This document shows, piece by piece, positions 9,940 through 19,058 of a stretch of DNA of 64,000 nucleotides (the first letter of the stretch is position 1; every line of letters starts with the position of its first letter). Position numbers and translations under genes: made by a program. Below the pieces are notes generated by a model. The model saw nothing but the letters and a program-made list of their open reading frames with translations, did not search any database and was not told where the DNA came from. Source of the DNA: an uncultured Solirubrobacterales bacterium (GTDB taxonomy: Bacteria; Actinomycetota; Thermoleophilia; Solirubrobacterales; Solirubrobacteraceae); contig CAVWPT010000004.1 of the NCBI GenBank assembly GCA_963756965.1, positions 55,114-119,113 on the forward strand. The letters run 5' to 3'.

Positions 9940-10785
9940 TCAGGCCGCGATCCGGTACCCGCTCCCGCCGTGACGCCCCCGCTTGTCGGCCAGCAGCCGT
10001 TCGTCGGCGGCGGCCATCAACACGTCGGCCGAGGTCCCGTCGGCGGGGAAGATCGCGGTGCCAGCGCTGGCGCTCAGTGCCTGGATTCCTGAGGTGACGC
10101 TGCCCACGGCGCGGCGGATCCGAGCCTCCAGCGGAGTGCTCCCGTCCTGGTCGGTCTCGGGAGCCAGGATGCAGAACTCGTCCCCTCCGATCCGAGCAGC
10201 GGTGTCCTGCGCGCGGACGGTGTGCTTGAGCGCGGCGGCCGCCTCACGCAGCAGCTCGTCGCCGGCGCCGTGGCCAAAGCGGTCGTTGAGCGCCTTGAAG
10301 CCGTCGAGGTCGATCATCACGAGGGCAAAGCTGTGGCGCATCCGGGCGTGACGCGAGATCTCGTACCCGATCCGCTCCTGGAGCGAGCGGCGGTTGGCGA
10401 TGCCGGTCAGCGGATCGCTGAGGGCCGAACGCCGCATGGCGTCACGCTCCCGCTCGAGGCGGGCGCGCATCGATAGCAGGACGGCGACGGTGGCGGCTGG
10501 GATCAGTATCACCAGGAGCCCATTCGGAAGGGGGTCAAGGTCCGAGTCAAAGAGCGGGGGAAGGGCGGCCAGCAGCACGACCGTGGCGGCGCGCAGCCAT
10601 GCCTGGGGTGGGTTCGGCGCCGTCGCCGCGAGCAGCAGCGCTCCGGGCAGGCACAGCCAGAACGCGTCGCCACCGCCCGCGAGCACGACCGCCCCTGCCG
10701 TGAGTGTTGCGATGACGACGAACATGAGAACCAGTTTGAGCCCGTCGGCGGACGCCTCTGAGGCCATGTGCCGACGCACCCCCAT
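9940..10785 (-). CDS. Membrane-anchored diguanylate cyclase (GGDEF)
   Basis: About 4 TM helices, DPLTGIANRR, DLDGFKALNDRFGH, RIGGDEF. Confidence 0.92.
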   Translation of the reverse strand: MGVRRHMASEASADGLKLVLMFVVIATLTAGAVVLAGGGDAFWLCLPGALLLAATAPNPPQAWLRAATVVLLAALPPLFDSDLDPLPNGLLVILIPAATVAVLLSMRARLERERDAMRRSALSDPLTGIANRRSLQERIGYEISRHARMRHSFALVMIDLDGFKALNDRFGHGAGDELLREAAAALKHTVRAQDTAARIGGDEFCILAPETDQDGSTPLEARIRRAVGSVTSGIQALSASAGTAIFPADGTSADVLMAAADERLLADKRGRHGGSGYRIAA

Positions 10786-10856
10786 CTGCCCGCAATGCCG
10801 GTAAAAGCGACAATAGCTCGCCGTCCCGGTGGGGTTTGTTCGTTTCCCCGCATCGT

Positions 10857-11094
10857 GCGGGTTTTCCGCCCACTCGCGCTCGGGCGGTCGACGACTGGGC
10901 AGTTTGCCCGCGCTGGGCGGGTTTTCTGCACACTCGCGCTCGGGCGGTCGACGACTGGGCAGTTTGCCCGCGCTGGGCGGGTTTTCTGCACACTTGCGCT
11001 CGGGCGGTCGACGACTGGGCAGTTTGCCCGCGCTGGGCGGGTTTTCTGCACACTCGCGCTCGGGCGGTCGACGACTGGGCAGTTTGCCCGCGCT
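10857..11094. repeat. Tandem array of about 4 x 60-bp units
   Basis: Lines 10861, 10921, 10981 and 11041 are near-identical (3 substitutions in total); degenerate partial copy from ~10842. Confidence 0.97.
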
Positions 11095-11123
11095 CCAGGT
11101 GCTGTCCCGGGCGCCGGGCAGGT

Positions 11124-11159
11124 CCGCGGGGGCCGCGGGGGCCGCGGGGGCCGCGGGGG
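11124..11159 (+). repeat. (CCGCGGGGG)x4 repeat, G-quadruplex motif
   Basis: G5 runs at 11128, 11137, 11146 and 11155. Confidence 0.9.
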
Positions 11160-11170
11160 CCGCCCCGGCG

Positions 11171-11253
11171 GATCGCCCGCGCGCCCGGCCCTAGATCGCC
11201 GCGCGCCCGCCGCTAAGATCGCCCGCGCCCCGGCCCTAGATCGCCCGCGCCCC
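11171..11253 (-). repeat. About 22-bp imperfect repeat x4 copying the hydantoinase B stop region
   Basis: (cta)gatcgcccgcgc(g)ccc at 11171, 11191, 11213 and 11236. Confidence 0.85.
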
Positions 11254-13437
11254 CTCCGGGACCTCCGGGGTCTCGCCGACCTGCAGGTCATGCAGGGGCT
11301 GCATGTCCTCGGGATAGAGGTTGGTCTCGAGCATCGTCCCGCAGCCGGGGCAGGCCCACTCGTGCAGGATCATCGCCGGTGTCGAGCGCTGCTTCACGTG
11401 GATGCCCAGCTCTGCCAGCCGCTCTGACGCCTCGCCGCTTCGGTGCGCGGCCTGCTCCTTCCAGTTCCCGCCCACCGGACCGAGCTCGGTCTCGCAGTGG
11501 CTGCACTGGAGCGAGTCGCCGACCAAGGCCAACGCGGGGATCCACTCGTCACGAGGCTCACGGGGCGTTCGCTCGGGCTTGCGACCCAGTCGCCGCTCGC
11601 GAACAGAAGCCCGCTCGCGGGACGTGGCGTCGGCGTCCACCTCACCCGAATCCGAGCACACGACTCCGTAGGCCGCGCGGGCCTGATCAGCCGACACGTA
11701 ACCCTCCCGCACGTCGTCGGCCACCCGCTCGGCCGGCCGCAGCAGCGGGTCGCCGATCCCGGCGCCGCCGCCGGTGATCTGGTGGAACACGTCGGTGGCT
11801 GGCAGCGGAACACCGGCCACGTGGTTGATCAGCGTCTCCTCCGATCCATCCAACTCCGAGACGCTCTGGGGCAGCCGCTCTCCGCGGGCCGCGGCGTCCT
11901 GCACACCGGTGCCGTGGACGACGTTGAAGAAGTGCGTGGCGCCGGGGTAGCCGCCCAGCATGCCCCGGCTTGGCACGGCGGCCATCGCGTTCTCCAGGGT
12001 GCCGAGCAGGGCCTCGGTGCCGTGCGGGGCCCACGCGAAGTCGAGCCCCAGGCCGCCCCGGTTGATCCCCGGCCCACCTGAGCTCGAGTTCAACCGCCGC
12101 CACAGATAGAGCATGGGGTAGTAGCCCTCGTTGATCTCCACGTCGGGGATCCCGTTGTCAAGCTGCCCCTCATAGGAGGACACGTCCAGGCCGTCGATCA
12201 CCGTCTGAGCGCCCATACCGCCCGAGCCGCAGTCCATCACCGCGAATGCCGTGTACTCGCCGTACTGGGACAGGCCTGCCCACGAGTTGCCGGGCCACGC
12301 GTTGACGCCGGCGGCAGCCGTACGCGAGCGAAGCACGGCGTCATCGGACAGCGCCATCGCCTTGCCAAGCGTCTCGGTCACCGTGCGGCCCGCCTTGGAG
12401 GCCCCCTCCATGTGCCCGCAGGAGACGGGCGCCGGGACGACGGGGTTCAGGACGGTGCCTGGCTCAGGCAGCACCAGCCGGACGGGCCGGTAGATCCCTG
12501 CGTTGATCGGCGTGTCCCAGGCGAGCGCCAGCATCACGGTCGCTCCCACCAGCCCGGCGATCGCCCCGTAACCGGCGTTGGCAAACCCTGTGCATTGGGG
12601 GTCGGTGTCGGTGAAGTCGAGGATGAGGTCCGACCCCGACACAGTCAGCCGCAGATGGATCTTCCAAAGACCGTCCACGCCGTGGCCGTCGTACTCCACC
12701 CAATCGACCGCTTCGTATAGTCCGTCCGGGATGGAGGCGATCCGGGAGCGGATCACCTCCTCGGTCAGGTCCTTGTTGCGTTCGCAGTACGCCTCATACA
12801 GATCGAGTCCGTACTCGTCCAGCAGCACCTCCAAGCGCGACTGGGCGGCGTTGTTTGCGGCCACCAGCGAGCGGATGTCATTGAGCACGATCGGCAGGCG
12901 CACGTTGTGCACCAGGAGCCGCTCGATGTCCTTGATGAACTTGCCCTCTTGCACGATTCGCACGGCCGGGAAGCGCAGCGCCTCGCCGTAGCAGTCGAAC
13001 GCCACGGGCGCCCAGCCACCCGGCGACATGCCGCCCACGTCGAGCACGTGGGCGTTGGAGAACGCCCATCCCACCGGCTCGTCGCGCCAGAACAGCGGAG
13101 AGATGATTCCCACGTCGCCCTGGTGGATGGCCCCCGAGGTGTACGGGTCGTTGCAGATGAAGTGGTCGTAGGGATGGAGGTCGTCGCCGTACTCGCGGTC
13201 CACGGCACGCACTCCTTCCAGGGATGAGCCGATGTGCCCGATCACGTAGCCCGAGAACCCGACGTGCTCCTTCTTGCGGTCGAATACGGCGGTCGAGAAG
13301 TCCTTGGCCTCTGTCAGCACCGGGGACCCGCTCGTCCGAATCAAGGTCGAGGCCATCTCCAGCGTGATGTTGAACAGGCGGTTGCCGATGACCTCTGCCA
13401 GGACCGGATCGTCGGCTTGGGTTCGCTCTTGCAGCAT
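11236..13437 (-). CDS. Hydantoinase B/oxoprolinase family subunit fused to an acetone-carboxylase-gamma-like Zn domain
   Basis: TSGSPVLTEAKDF, NDPYTSGAIHQGD, HVLDVGG, GGGAGIGDPLLR; C-terminal CSHC...WACPGCG; SD GAGGAG before ATG 13437. Confidence 0.9.
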   Translation of the reverse strand: MLQERTQADDPVLAEVIGNRLFNITLEMASTLIRTSGSPVLTEAKDFSTAVFDRKKEHVGFSGYVIGHIGSSLEGVRAVDREYGDDLHPYDHFICNDPYTSGAIHQGDVGIISPLFWRDEPVGWAFSNAHVLDVGGMSPGGWAPVAFDCYGEALRFPAVRIVQEGKFIKDIERLLVHNVRLPIVLNDIRSLVAANNAAQSRLEVLLDEYGLDLYEAYCERNKDLTEEVIRSRIASIPDGLYEAVDWVEYDGHGVDGLWKIHLRLTVSGSDLILDFTDTDPQCTGFANAGYGAIAGLVGATVMLALAWDTPINAGIYRPVRLVLPEPGTVLNPVVPAPVSCGHMEGASKAGRTVTETLGKAMALSDDAVLRSRTAAAGVNAWPGNSWAGLSQYGEYTAFAVMDCGSGGMGAQTVIDGLDVSSYEGQLDNGIPDVEINEGYYPMLYLWRRLNSSSGGPGINRGGLGLDFAWAPHGTEALLGTLENAMAAVPSRGMLGGYPGATHFFNVVHGTGVQDAAARGERLPQSVSELDGSEETLINHVAGVPLPATDVFHQITGGGAGIGDPLLRPAERVADDVREGYVSADQARAAYGVVCSDSGEVDADATSRERASVRERRLGRKPERTPREPRDEWIPALALVGDSLQCSHCETELGPVGGNWKEQAAHRSGEASERLAELGIHVKQRSTPAMILHEWACPGCGTMLETNLYPEDMQPLHDLQVGETPEVPEGARAI

Positions 13438-13447
13438 CGTTGGCTCC

Positions 13448-15535
13448 TCAGACTGACAGTCGGTAGTAGCGGTGCTCGTCCAGGCGGCAGGTGGCGTCCG
13501 GCGGCACATAGACGGTGGTGTCGACGTCCTCGATCACGGCGGGCCCGCGGATCTCGATCCCCGGTCGCAAGCGCTCGCCTCGATACACGTCGAGCTCGAC
13601 GCGCTCGCCTCGCTGGGGCTCGAGCACCAAACGCCGTTCGTGTACCGCGGCCTCGGGCGCCCCGCCATTTGGCGAATGCTCCTGGACCACAGGACGCGGC
13701 ACGGCGGCCGTGGCGGTGACACGGGCGTTGAGCATCACGATCGGGAACCCCTCCCAGGCGGTGCCAGGCCCGTTCAGCCGCTCGTACGTTGCGGTGAAGT
13801 CCTGCATCAGCTGGGCGCGATGCTCGTCGGTCAGCTCGCCCGCCGGCAGCGGGATCGTCAGCTCGAACGCCTGCCCAGCGAACTTGAAGTCGCCCTCGTA
13901 GCGGATTTCGATCGCGTCGTCGGCAAACCCTCGGGCTCGCAGCGCCTCGGCCGCCTCCGCGGCCAGTGCGGCGAGCACCTGGTTGACAGGCTCCAGGGGC
14001 GCCGCCGGGACGATCCAGTTGACCGTCCGGACCAGCGAGCGGACGGCGTCCGACCACAGCAGGCCGTAGGCGGAGAACACCGCGGCGTTGCCTGGAATCA
14101 CCAGCTCGCCGATTCCCATCGTGCGACAGATCAGCGGCACGAAGAGCCCGCTTGCGCCGCCATAGCCGACCATCGCGAAGCCGCGTGGGTCGTGACCACG
14201 CTCAATCGAGATTGCCCGTACCGCGTTCGACATTGCGTCGACCACGATCTGGTACAGCCCGGCGCACGCACGGTCGAGGTCCCAGCCGAGTGGCTGTGCG
14301 ATCCGCTCGGTGATTGCTTTGCGAGCCGCTTCCTGATCGAGCGCGATCGTCCCTCCGAGGAAGTACCCAGGGTCCATCAGCCCCATCGCCAGCGCCACGT
14401 CCGTGACCGTGGGCTCGGTCCCACCCCGGCCGTAGCAGGCCGGCCCGGGCACGGCGCCGGCTGAGTCGGGACCGACTCGAGGCGCTCCGCGGGCGTCGAG
14501 CCAGAAAATCGAGCCGCCACCCGCGCCGATCGCGGAGATGTCGATCATCGAGAGGCCGGTGGCGAACTTCCCAAGCTGCGCCCGGTGAGCCTCGGTGAGC
14601 TGGAGGTCCTTGATCAGCGCGCAGTCGAATGACGTGCCGCCCATGTCGGCGGTGATGACGTCGTGGAGCCCTAGGCGCTCCGCCAGAGCCCGGGCGCCCA
14701 CCACTCCGCCCACGGGTCCCGAATTGATCAGCTCGATCGGCAGCCCCCGCGCCTCCTCGGGCGACAGCAGGCCGCCCACAGACTGCATCAGCGCCGGGCG
14801 AACGGCGCACCCGAGCTCGGACAGCTTGCCCTCCAGCGCGCCCACGTACTCGGCAACGCCCTTGGATGTGAACGCGTTGAAGACGGTGGTGACCAAGCGC
14901 TCGTACTCGCGCGCAACAGGGAAGACCTCGCTGGAGATCGACACGAACAGGTCGGGATACAGCTCGCTGACGATCCGCTTGGCCTCCTGTTCATGGCCGG
15001 GGTCGGCGAACGACCACAGAAAGCAGATGGCGACGGCGTCGCAGCCTTGCTCTTCGACGAGCTTGCGGGCCGCGTCGCGGACCTGGTCGGCGTGCAGCTT
15101 CACGATCTCCTGGCCCGCGAAGTTGATCCGCTCGTCGACCTCCACCATGTTGGTCCGGTTGACGATGTCCGGCGGCGGTGTCTGGGTGTGCAGGTCCCGG
15201 TCGTTTGTCCGCGCCGAGCGGGCGATCCGCAGCGTGTCGCCGAAGCCCGCGGTGACGATGACGCCCACGTTCCGGCCCTTGAGCTCGGCGATGGCGTTGG
15301 TGACCACGGTGGTGCCGTTGATGAACAGCTTCGTTGCCCCCATGAGCTCCGCCAGGCCGGTTCCGCATGCCTGGGCAAGTACTCCCAGCCCATCGGCGAT
15401 TCCGCGGCTGTAATCGTCGGGGGTGGTGGGGGACTTGGCCCGGTAGGTGTCCCCGCCGGTGCTGACCGCAACGAGGTCAGTGAACGTCCCGCCGATGTCT
15501 ACGCCCACGTGGTAGCCGTCACGGGTGTCGGCCAT
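13448..15535 (-). CDS. Hydantoinase A/oxoprolinase family ATP-binding subunit
   Basis: GVDIGGTFTD, SGPVGG, DMGGTSFD, IGAGGGS, GPDSAGAVPGPACYGRGG. Confidence 0.95.
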   Translation of the reverse strand: MADTRDGYHVGVDIGGTFTDLVAVSTGGDTYRAKSPTTPDDYSRGIADGLGVLAQACGTGLAELMGATKLFINGTTVVTNAIAELKGRNVGVIVTAGFGDTLRIARSARTNDRDLHTQTPPPDIVNRTNMVEVDERINFAGQEIVKLHADQVRDAARKLVEEQGCDAVAICFLWSFADPGHEQEAKRIVSELYPDLFVSISSEVFPVAREYERLVTTVFNAFTSKGVAEYVGALEGKLSELGCAVRPALMQSVGGLLSPEEARGLPIELINSGPVGGVVGARALAERLGLHDVITADMGGTSFDCALIKDLQLTEAHRAQLGKFATGLSMIDISAIGAGGGSIFWLDARGAPRVGPDSAGAVPGPACYGRGGTEPTVTDVALAMGLMDPGYFLGGTIALDQEAARKAITERIAQPLGWDLDRACAGLYQIVVDAMSNAVRAISIERGHDPRGFAMVGYGGASGLFVPLICRTMGIGELVIPGNAAVFSAYGLLWSDAVRSLVRTVNWIVPAAPLEPVNQVLAALAAEAAEALRARGFADDAIEIRYEGDFKFAGQAFELTIPLPAGELTDEHRAQLMQDFTATYERLNGPGTAWEGFPIVMLNARVTATAAVPRPVVQEHSPNGGAPEAAVHERRLVLEPQRGERVELDVYRGERLRPGIEIRGPAVIEDVDTTVYVPPDATCRLDEHRYYRLSV

Positions 15536-15561
15536 GGTTCCCTCCCTCAGGGTGGCGGGTT

Positions 15562-15620
15562 ACGCGCCGGGCAGGTGACCCGGCGCGTTCACTATATGTC
15601 GAGCACTTAGCGGGCTGCAA
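15562..15620 (-). promoter_or_regulatory. Sigma70-like promoter and 5'-UTR hairpin of the hydantoinase operon
   Basis: Minus strand TTGCAG-N18-TATAGT (15620-15591), then perfect 10-bp stem ACGCGCCGGG-N7-CCCGGCGCGT (15562-15588) before the SD. Confidence 0.5.
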
Positions 15621-15623
15621 CCA

Positions 15624-16157
15624 TCAGGCGGCAGCTGGGCCACGGCGGCGCAGGAACGGCCGTCTGCGACGGGCCCGTCCGGCGCTCTCCACCTCGGCAC
15701 CCGCCGCGCCTTCAGCCGCCGCGAGGCGGCGCCGAAGCAGGAAGCCCGGCAGGGCATAGGCGGCCAGCGCGGCGATCAGCACACCCAGTCCGGTGTGGAA
15801 ACCCACAGCCTCGAGACTCCGCACCGCGCGGCTGCCATGGGCGATGCCCTGGGCGCCGCCGGCCTGCCAGATGTAGCTCAGATCCGGGCCAACCACAAAC
15901 CAGATCCCTGCGATCAGCGCAATCAGCGCGCCGAGCCGGCCGGTGGCCCACGGCCCTGCGCCGAGCAGCAGGAGGCCTCCGATGATTGCGGCGACACCCG
16001 GCAGCACGTCGAGGTACAGCCGGCCAGTGGTCCAGGTCCACGTCCGGTCGGGTCCAAGCGAGTAGTGGAAGTACGGCCCGACGAATGGGATGAGCGCCCC
16101 CCAGATACCCCCGATCAGGATCGTCAACCCGGCGAAGCGGGTGGTGATGGAGCGCAT
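15624..16157 (-). CDS. Hypothetical membrane protein (about 4 TM)
   Basis: GIWGALIPFVGPYFHY...GIWFVVGP; SD AAGGAGGAG before ATG 16157. Confidence 0.75.
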   Translation of the reverse strand: MRSITTRFAGLTILIGGIWGALIPFVGPYFHYSLGPDRTWTWTTGRLYLDVLPGVAAIIGGLLLLGAGPWATGRLGALIALIAGIWFVVGPDLSYIWQAGGAQGIAHGSRAVRSLEAVGFHTGLGVLIAALAAYALPGFLLRRRLAAAEGAAGAEVESAGRARRRRPFLRRRGPAAA

Positions 16158-16221
16158 TTGCTCCTCCTTTCCTAGCTGCCCTCGGTCTTCCCGTTCACGC
16201 GCGCGTGAAACGATGCGCGCG

Positions 16222-17193
16222 ATGGCCACCGTCGAAACCGTCACCGGTCCGGTCGATGCATCCGCCCTCGGCCTCACGCTGATCCACGAGCACTTCTTCT
16301 CCGCCGACGAGATCGTTTCGGCCCAATGGCCGCATGTTCGCGACCCCGAGCACGACTACGGCCTGGCACTGGCTGCCGCGGAGGCGGTCAAGGAACACGA
16401 CGTGCGCACCGTGGTCGAACCGACCGCGGCGATGCTGGGCCGCGACGTCCGCTCGCTGGCACGCCTGTCGCACGACACGGGCCTTCAGATCGTCACGTGC
16501 ACGGGGATCTACACATACGAGCATCTGCCGAGGTTCCTCACCTATCGCAGCACGGACTTCATGGCTGAGCTGTTCGTCCACGACATCCGAACCGGGATCC
16601 AGGGCACTGAGATCAAGGCCGCGTTCCTCAAGTGTGCGGCCGACGAGGCCGGCATGACCAGAGCGGTGGAGAAGGTGCACCGGGCGGCGGGGCGGGCCAG
16701 CGCGCAGACCGGTGCCCCGATCATGGCCCACTCGCACCCCGCCTCGGGGACCGGCCCGCGCCAGGTCGAGGTCTTCCTCGAGGAGGGGGCGGCGCCGGAC
16801 AAGATCCATATCGCCCACACCGGCGACACGGACGACCTCGACTACATCGAGCGGCTGCTGGCCCAAGGGGTGTATGTGGGGCTCGACCGGTACGGGCTTG
16901 ACTACCTTCAGCCGACGGCGAGGCGCAACCAGGTGCTCGTTGAGCTCCTGCGCCGCGGCCATGCCGAGCGGGTGTTCATCTCGCAGGATTTCTCGGTTCC
17001 GATCGCCGCCGGGCTGGACTGGTACACGGCCGAGCAGATGGAGCGCTCGCGTGCATCCGGCGCCACGCCGGACTGGTCGATGACGTTCCTGTTCGAGTCG
17101 GTGATTCCCGAGCTCCTTGACGGCGGAGTCTCAAGTGGCGAAATCCAAACGATGATGGTGGACAATCCAGCCAGATGGCTCGGAGGCGCCTGA
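16222..17193 (+). CDS. Phosphotriesterase family protein (PTE/lactonase-like)
   Basis: VETVTGP, TLIHEH, FLKCAAD, MAHS, IAHTGD, GLDRYG, ISQD. Confidence 0.92.
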   Translation: MATVETVTGPVDASALGLTLIHEHFFSADEIVSAQWPHVRDPEHDYGLALAAAEAVKEHDVRTVVEPTAAMLGRDVRSLARLSHDTGLQIVTCTGIYTYEHLPRFLTYRSTDFMAELFVHDIRTGIQGTEIKAAFLKCAADEAGMTRAVEKVHRAAGRASAQTGAPIMAHSHPASGTGPRQVEVFLEEGAAPDKIHIAHTGDTDDLDYIERLLAQGVYVGLDRYGLDYLQPTARRNQVLVELLRRGHAERVFISQDFSVPIAAGLDWYTAEQMERSRASGATPDWSMTFLFESVIPELLDGGVSSGEIQTMMVDNPARWLGGA

Positions 17194-18098
17194 CAGGAAT
17201 CTGCGCCGGCCTGATCGCGCTGGCGTTCGCCGCGTCGCCCGCACGCGCGGTGGTCGGTGGAAAGCCTGCTCCGCCGGGATCCTTCGGCTATGTGGCCGAT
17301 GTCCTGATCGGCGGCGCCTTCGGTTGCAGCGGGACGCTGATCGCGCCGCAGTGGGTTCTAACCGCCGGGCACTGCGGATCCGCAACCGGGTCCGCCAGCA
17401 TGGGACTCGCACCCTCGCCGGCCAGCTGGCCCGCGTCGTTCTACACCGTGCAGCTCGGGAGCGTCTACGCCGACGGCCGTGGCGGCGAGACCCACTCCGT
17501 CAGCCAGGTGGTGGTGGACAGCGACTACATCGTCACCAACGGAACCGGCAATGACGTCACCCTCCTGAAGCTCGATCAGCCCACGCACATCAAGCCGATG
17601 CTGATCGCCTCGGCCTCCGAGCGAAGCAGCTGGCGGCCAGGGGTGCTCGCCACGATCGCCGGCTTCGGCACGACCTCCGAGAACGACTCCACGCCGCCAC
17701 CGCAGATGCAGTACGCCAAGGTGCCGATCACCACGGACGCCTACTGCGCCAACGCCTATCCCAACGGCCTGAGCGTGGCCGGCAACGATGGCTCGTTTGA
17801 TCCCGCGACAATGATGTGCGCCGGATACCCACAGGGAGGTACCGACACCTGTGAGGGAGACTCGGGTGGGCCCCTGCTGGTCCCGGCGGACGGGACGCTT
17901 CGCCTGGTGGGGGCCACGAGCTTCGGCAAGGGCTGCGCCGAGGCCGGGCACCCCGGGGTCTACGCGCGGCTAGCGGAAGGACCGATCAGGTCGTTCATCG
18001 CCCGGTTCGTCCCTCAGGCGTTTGCACCCCAGGCGAGCGCGCCAGCACACCGCAAAGCGCGGCATCGCCGGCGCCGGCACAAACACCCTAAACGCTGA
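17175..18098 (+). CDS. Secreted trypsin-like serine protease (S1)
   Basis: Signal peptide, VVGG, LTAGHC, NDVTLL, DTCEGDSGGP, PGVY. Confidence 0.93.
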   Translation: MARRRLTGICAGLIALAFAASPARAVVGGKPAPPGSFGYVADVLIGGAFGCSGTLIAPQWVLTAGHCGSATGSASMGLAPSPASWPASFYTVQLGSVYADGRGGETHSVSQVVVDSDYIVTNGTGNDVTLLKLDQPTHIKPMLIASASERSSWRPGVLATIAGFGTTSENDSTPPPQMQYAKVPITTDAYCANAYPNGLSVAGNDGSFDPATMMCAGYPQGGTDTCEGDSGGPLLVPADGTLRLVGATSFGKGCAEAGHPGVYARLAEGPIRSFIARFVPQAFAPQASAPAHRKARHRRRRHKHPKR

Positions 18099-19056
18099 AC
18101 ACGATCTTGCCGACGAAGCTCCCGTCGAGCATCGCCGCGAAGCCCTCGCGCGCCTGTGCGAGCGGAAGCGTGCGATCGATCGCCGGCCGGAGGCCCTTCT
18201 CCACGCACAGCCTGATCAGCCGCTCCAGCTCATCACGGGTGCCCATCGTCGACCCGATCACCGAGAGCTGAAGGAAGAACACGCGGCCGAGCTCGGCGGG
18301 TGGAGCCTGACCGGTCGTGGCGCCTGAGACCACCAGCGTCCCGCCCGGCTTCAGCGCGCGGACCGAGTGCGCCCACGTGGCCTCGCCGACCGTCTCCATC
18401 ACCACGTCAACCCGCTCAGGGAGCCGTGCGCCGGATTCGAACGCACCGGCAGCCCCTAAGCCGAGCGCCTGCTGGCGCTTCTCCTCCGAGCGGGCGGTGA
18501 CCCAGACCCGGGCCCCCATCGCGCTCGCCAGCACGATGGCCGCTGTGGCGACGCCGCCGCCAGCGCCCTGGACCAGCACCGTCATCCCAGGGACGACTCC
18601 GCCGCGCGTGAACAGCATGCGATAGGCCGTGAGCCAGGCGGTGGGCAGGCAGGCCGCCTCCTCGAAGCTCAGCTCGGCGGGTTTCGGGCAGGAGGTTGCG
18701 TCTCGGGGCACGGCGACCTTCTCGGCGAGCGTCCCCTGGTAGCGCTCGGACAGGAGCGATCGACGCGGATCCAGCGTCTCGTCGCCGCGCCAGTCGGGGT
18801 CCGAGATCACCGAGTGGACGACCACCTCGTTGCCGTCCTCGTCGAGACCGGCGGCATCACAGCCGAGGATCATCGGCAGGCGCTCCTCCGGCAGTCCCAC
18901 CCCGCGCAGTGACCATAGATCGTGGTGGTTGAGCGAGGCGGCCTTCACGCTCACCGTCGTCCACCCGGCTGGCACCTCGGGGTCAGGGCGGTCTTCGATC
19001 CGCAGGCCGCTGAGCGGGTCGTCCGGGTTGATCTGCTCGGCGAATACGGCCAGCAC
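18088..19056 (-). CDS. Zinc-binding dehydrogenase / quinone oxidoreductase (MDR family)
   Basis: AASLNHHDLW, LGCDAAG, CLPTAWLTAYRML, QGAGGGVA, GSTMG; GTG at 19056 just after the acylase stop. Confidence 0.88.
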   Translation of the reverse strand: MLAVFAEQINPDDPLSGLRIEDRPDPEVPAGWTTVSVKAASLNHHDLWSLRGVGLPEERLPMILGCDAAGLDEDGNEVVVHSVISDPDWRGDETLDPRRSLLSERYQGTLAEKVAVPRDATSCPKPAELSFEEAACLPTAWLTAYRMLFTRGGVVPGMTVLVQGAGGGVATAAIVLASAMGARVWVTARSEEKRQQALGLGAAGAFESGARLPERVDVVMETVGEATWAHSVRALKPGGTLVVSGATTGQAPPAELGRVFFLQLSVIGSTMGTRDELERLIRLCVEKGLRPAIDRTLPLAQAREGFAAMLDGSFVGKIVFSV

Positions 19057-19058
19057 TT

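Noticed and set aside
10857-11094. CRISPR array
   Set aside because: Units are identical end to end with no unique spacers, and there are no cas genes in the window
10861-11094. c-di-GMP-I riboswitch (GGGCAAAC on the minus strand upstream of the GGDEF gene)
   Set aside because: Lacks the GNRA-capped P2 and the downstream GGGACGCAAAG-like consensus; the match is part of the repeat palindrome
10509-11427. Repeat-protein ORFs across the array in several frames
   Set aside because: Open only because the 60-bp GC-rich unit has no stops; they overlap real genes and lack SD or codon-bias support
13472-14464. Long antisense ORFs (here and throughout the window)
   Set aside because: Expected shadow ORFs of high-GC coding sequence with no recognisable domains
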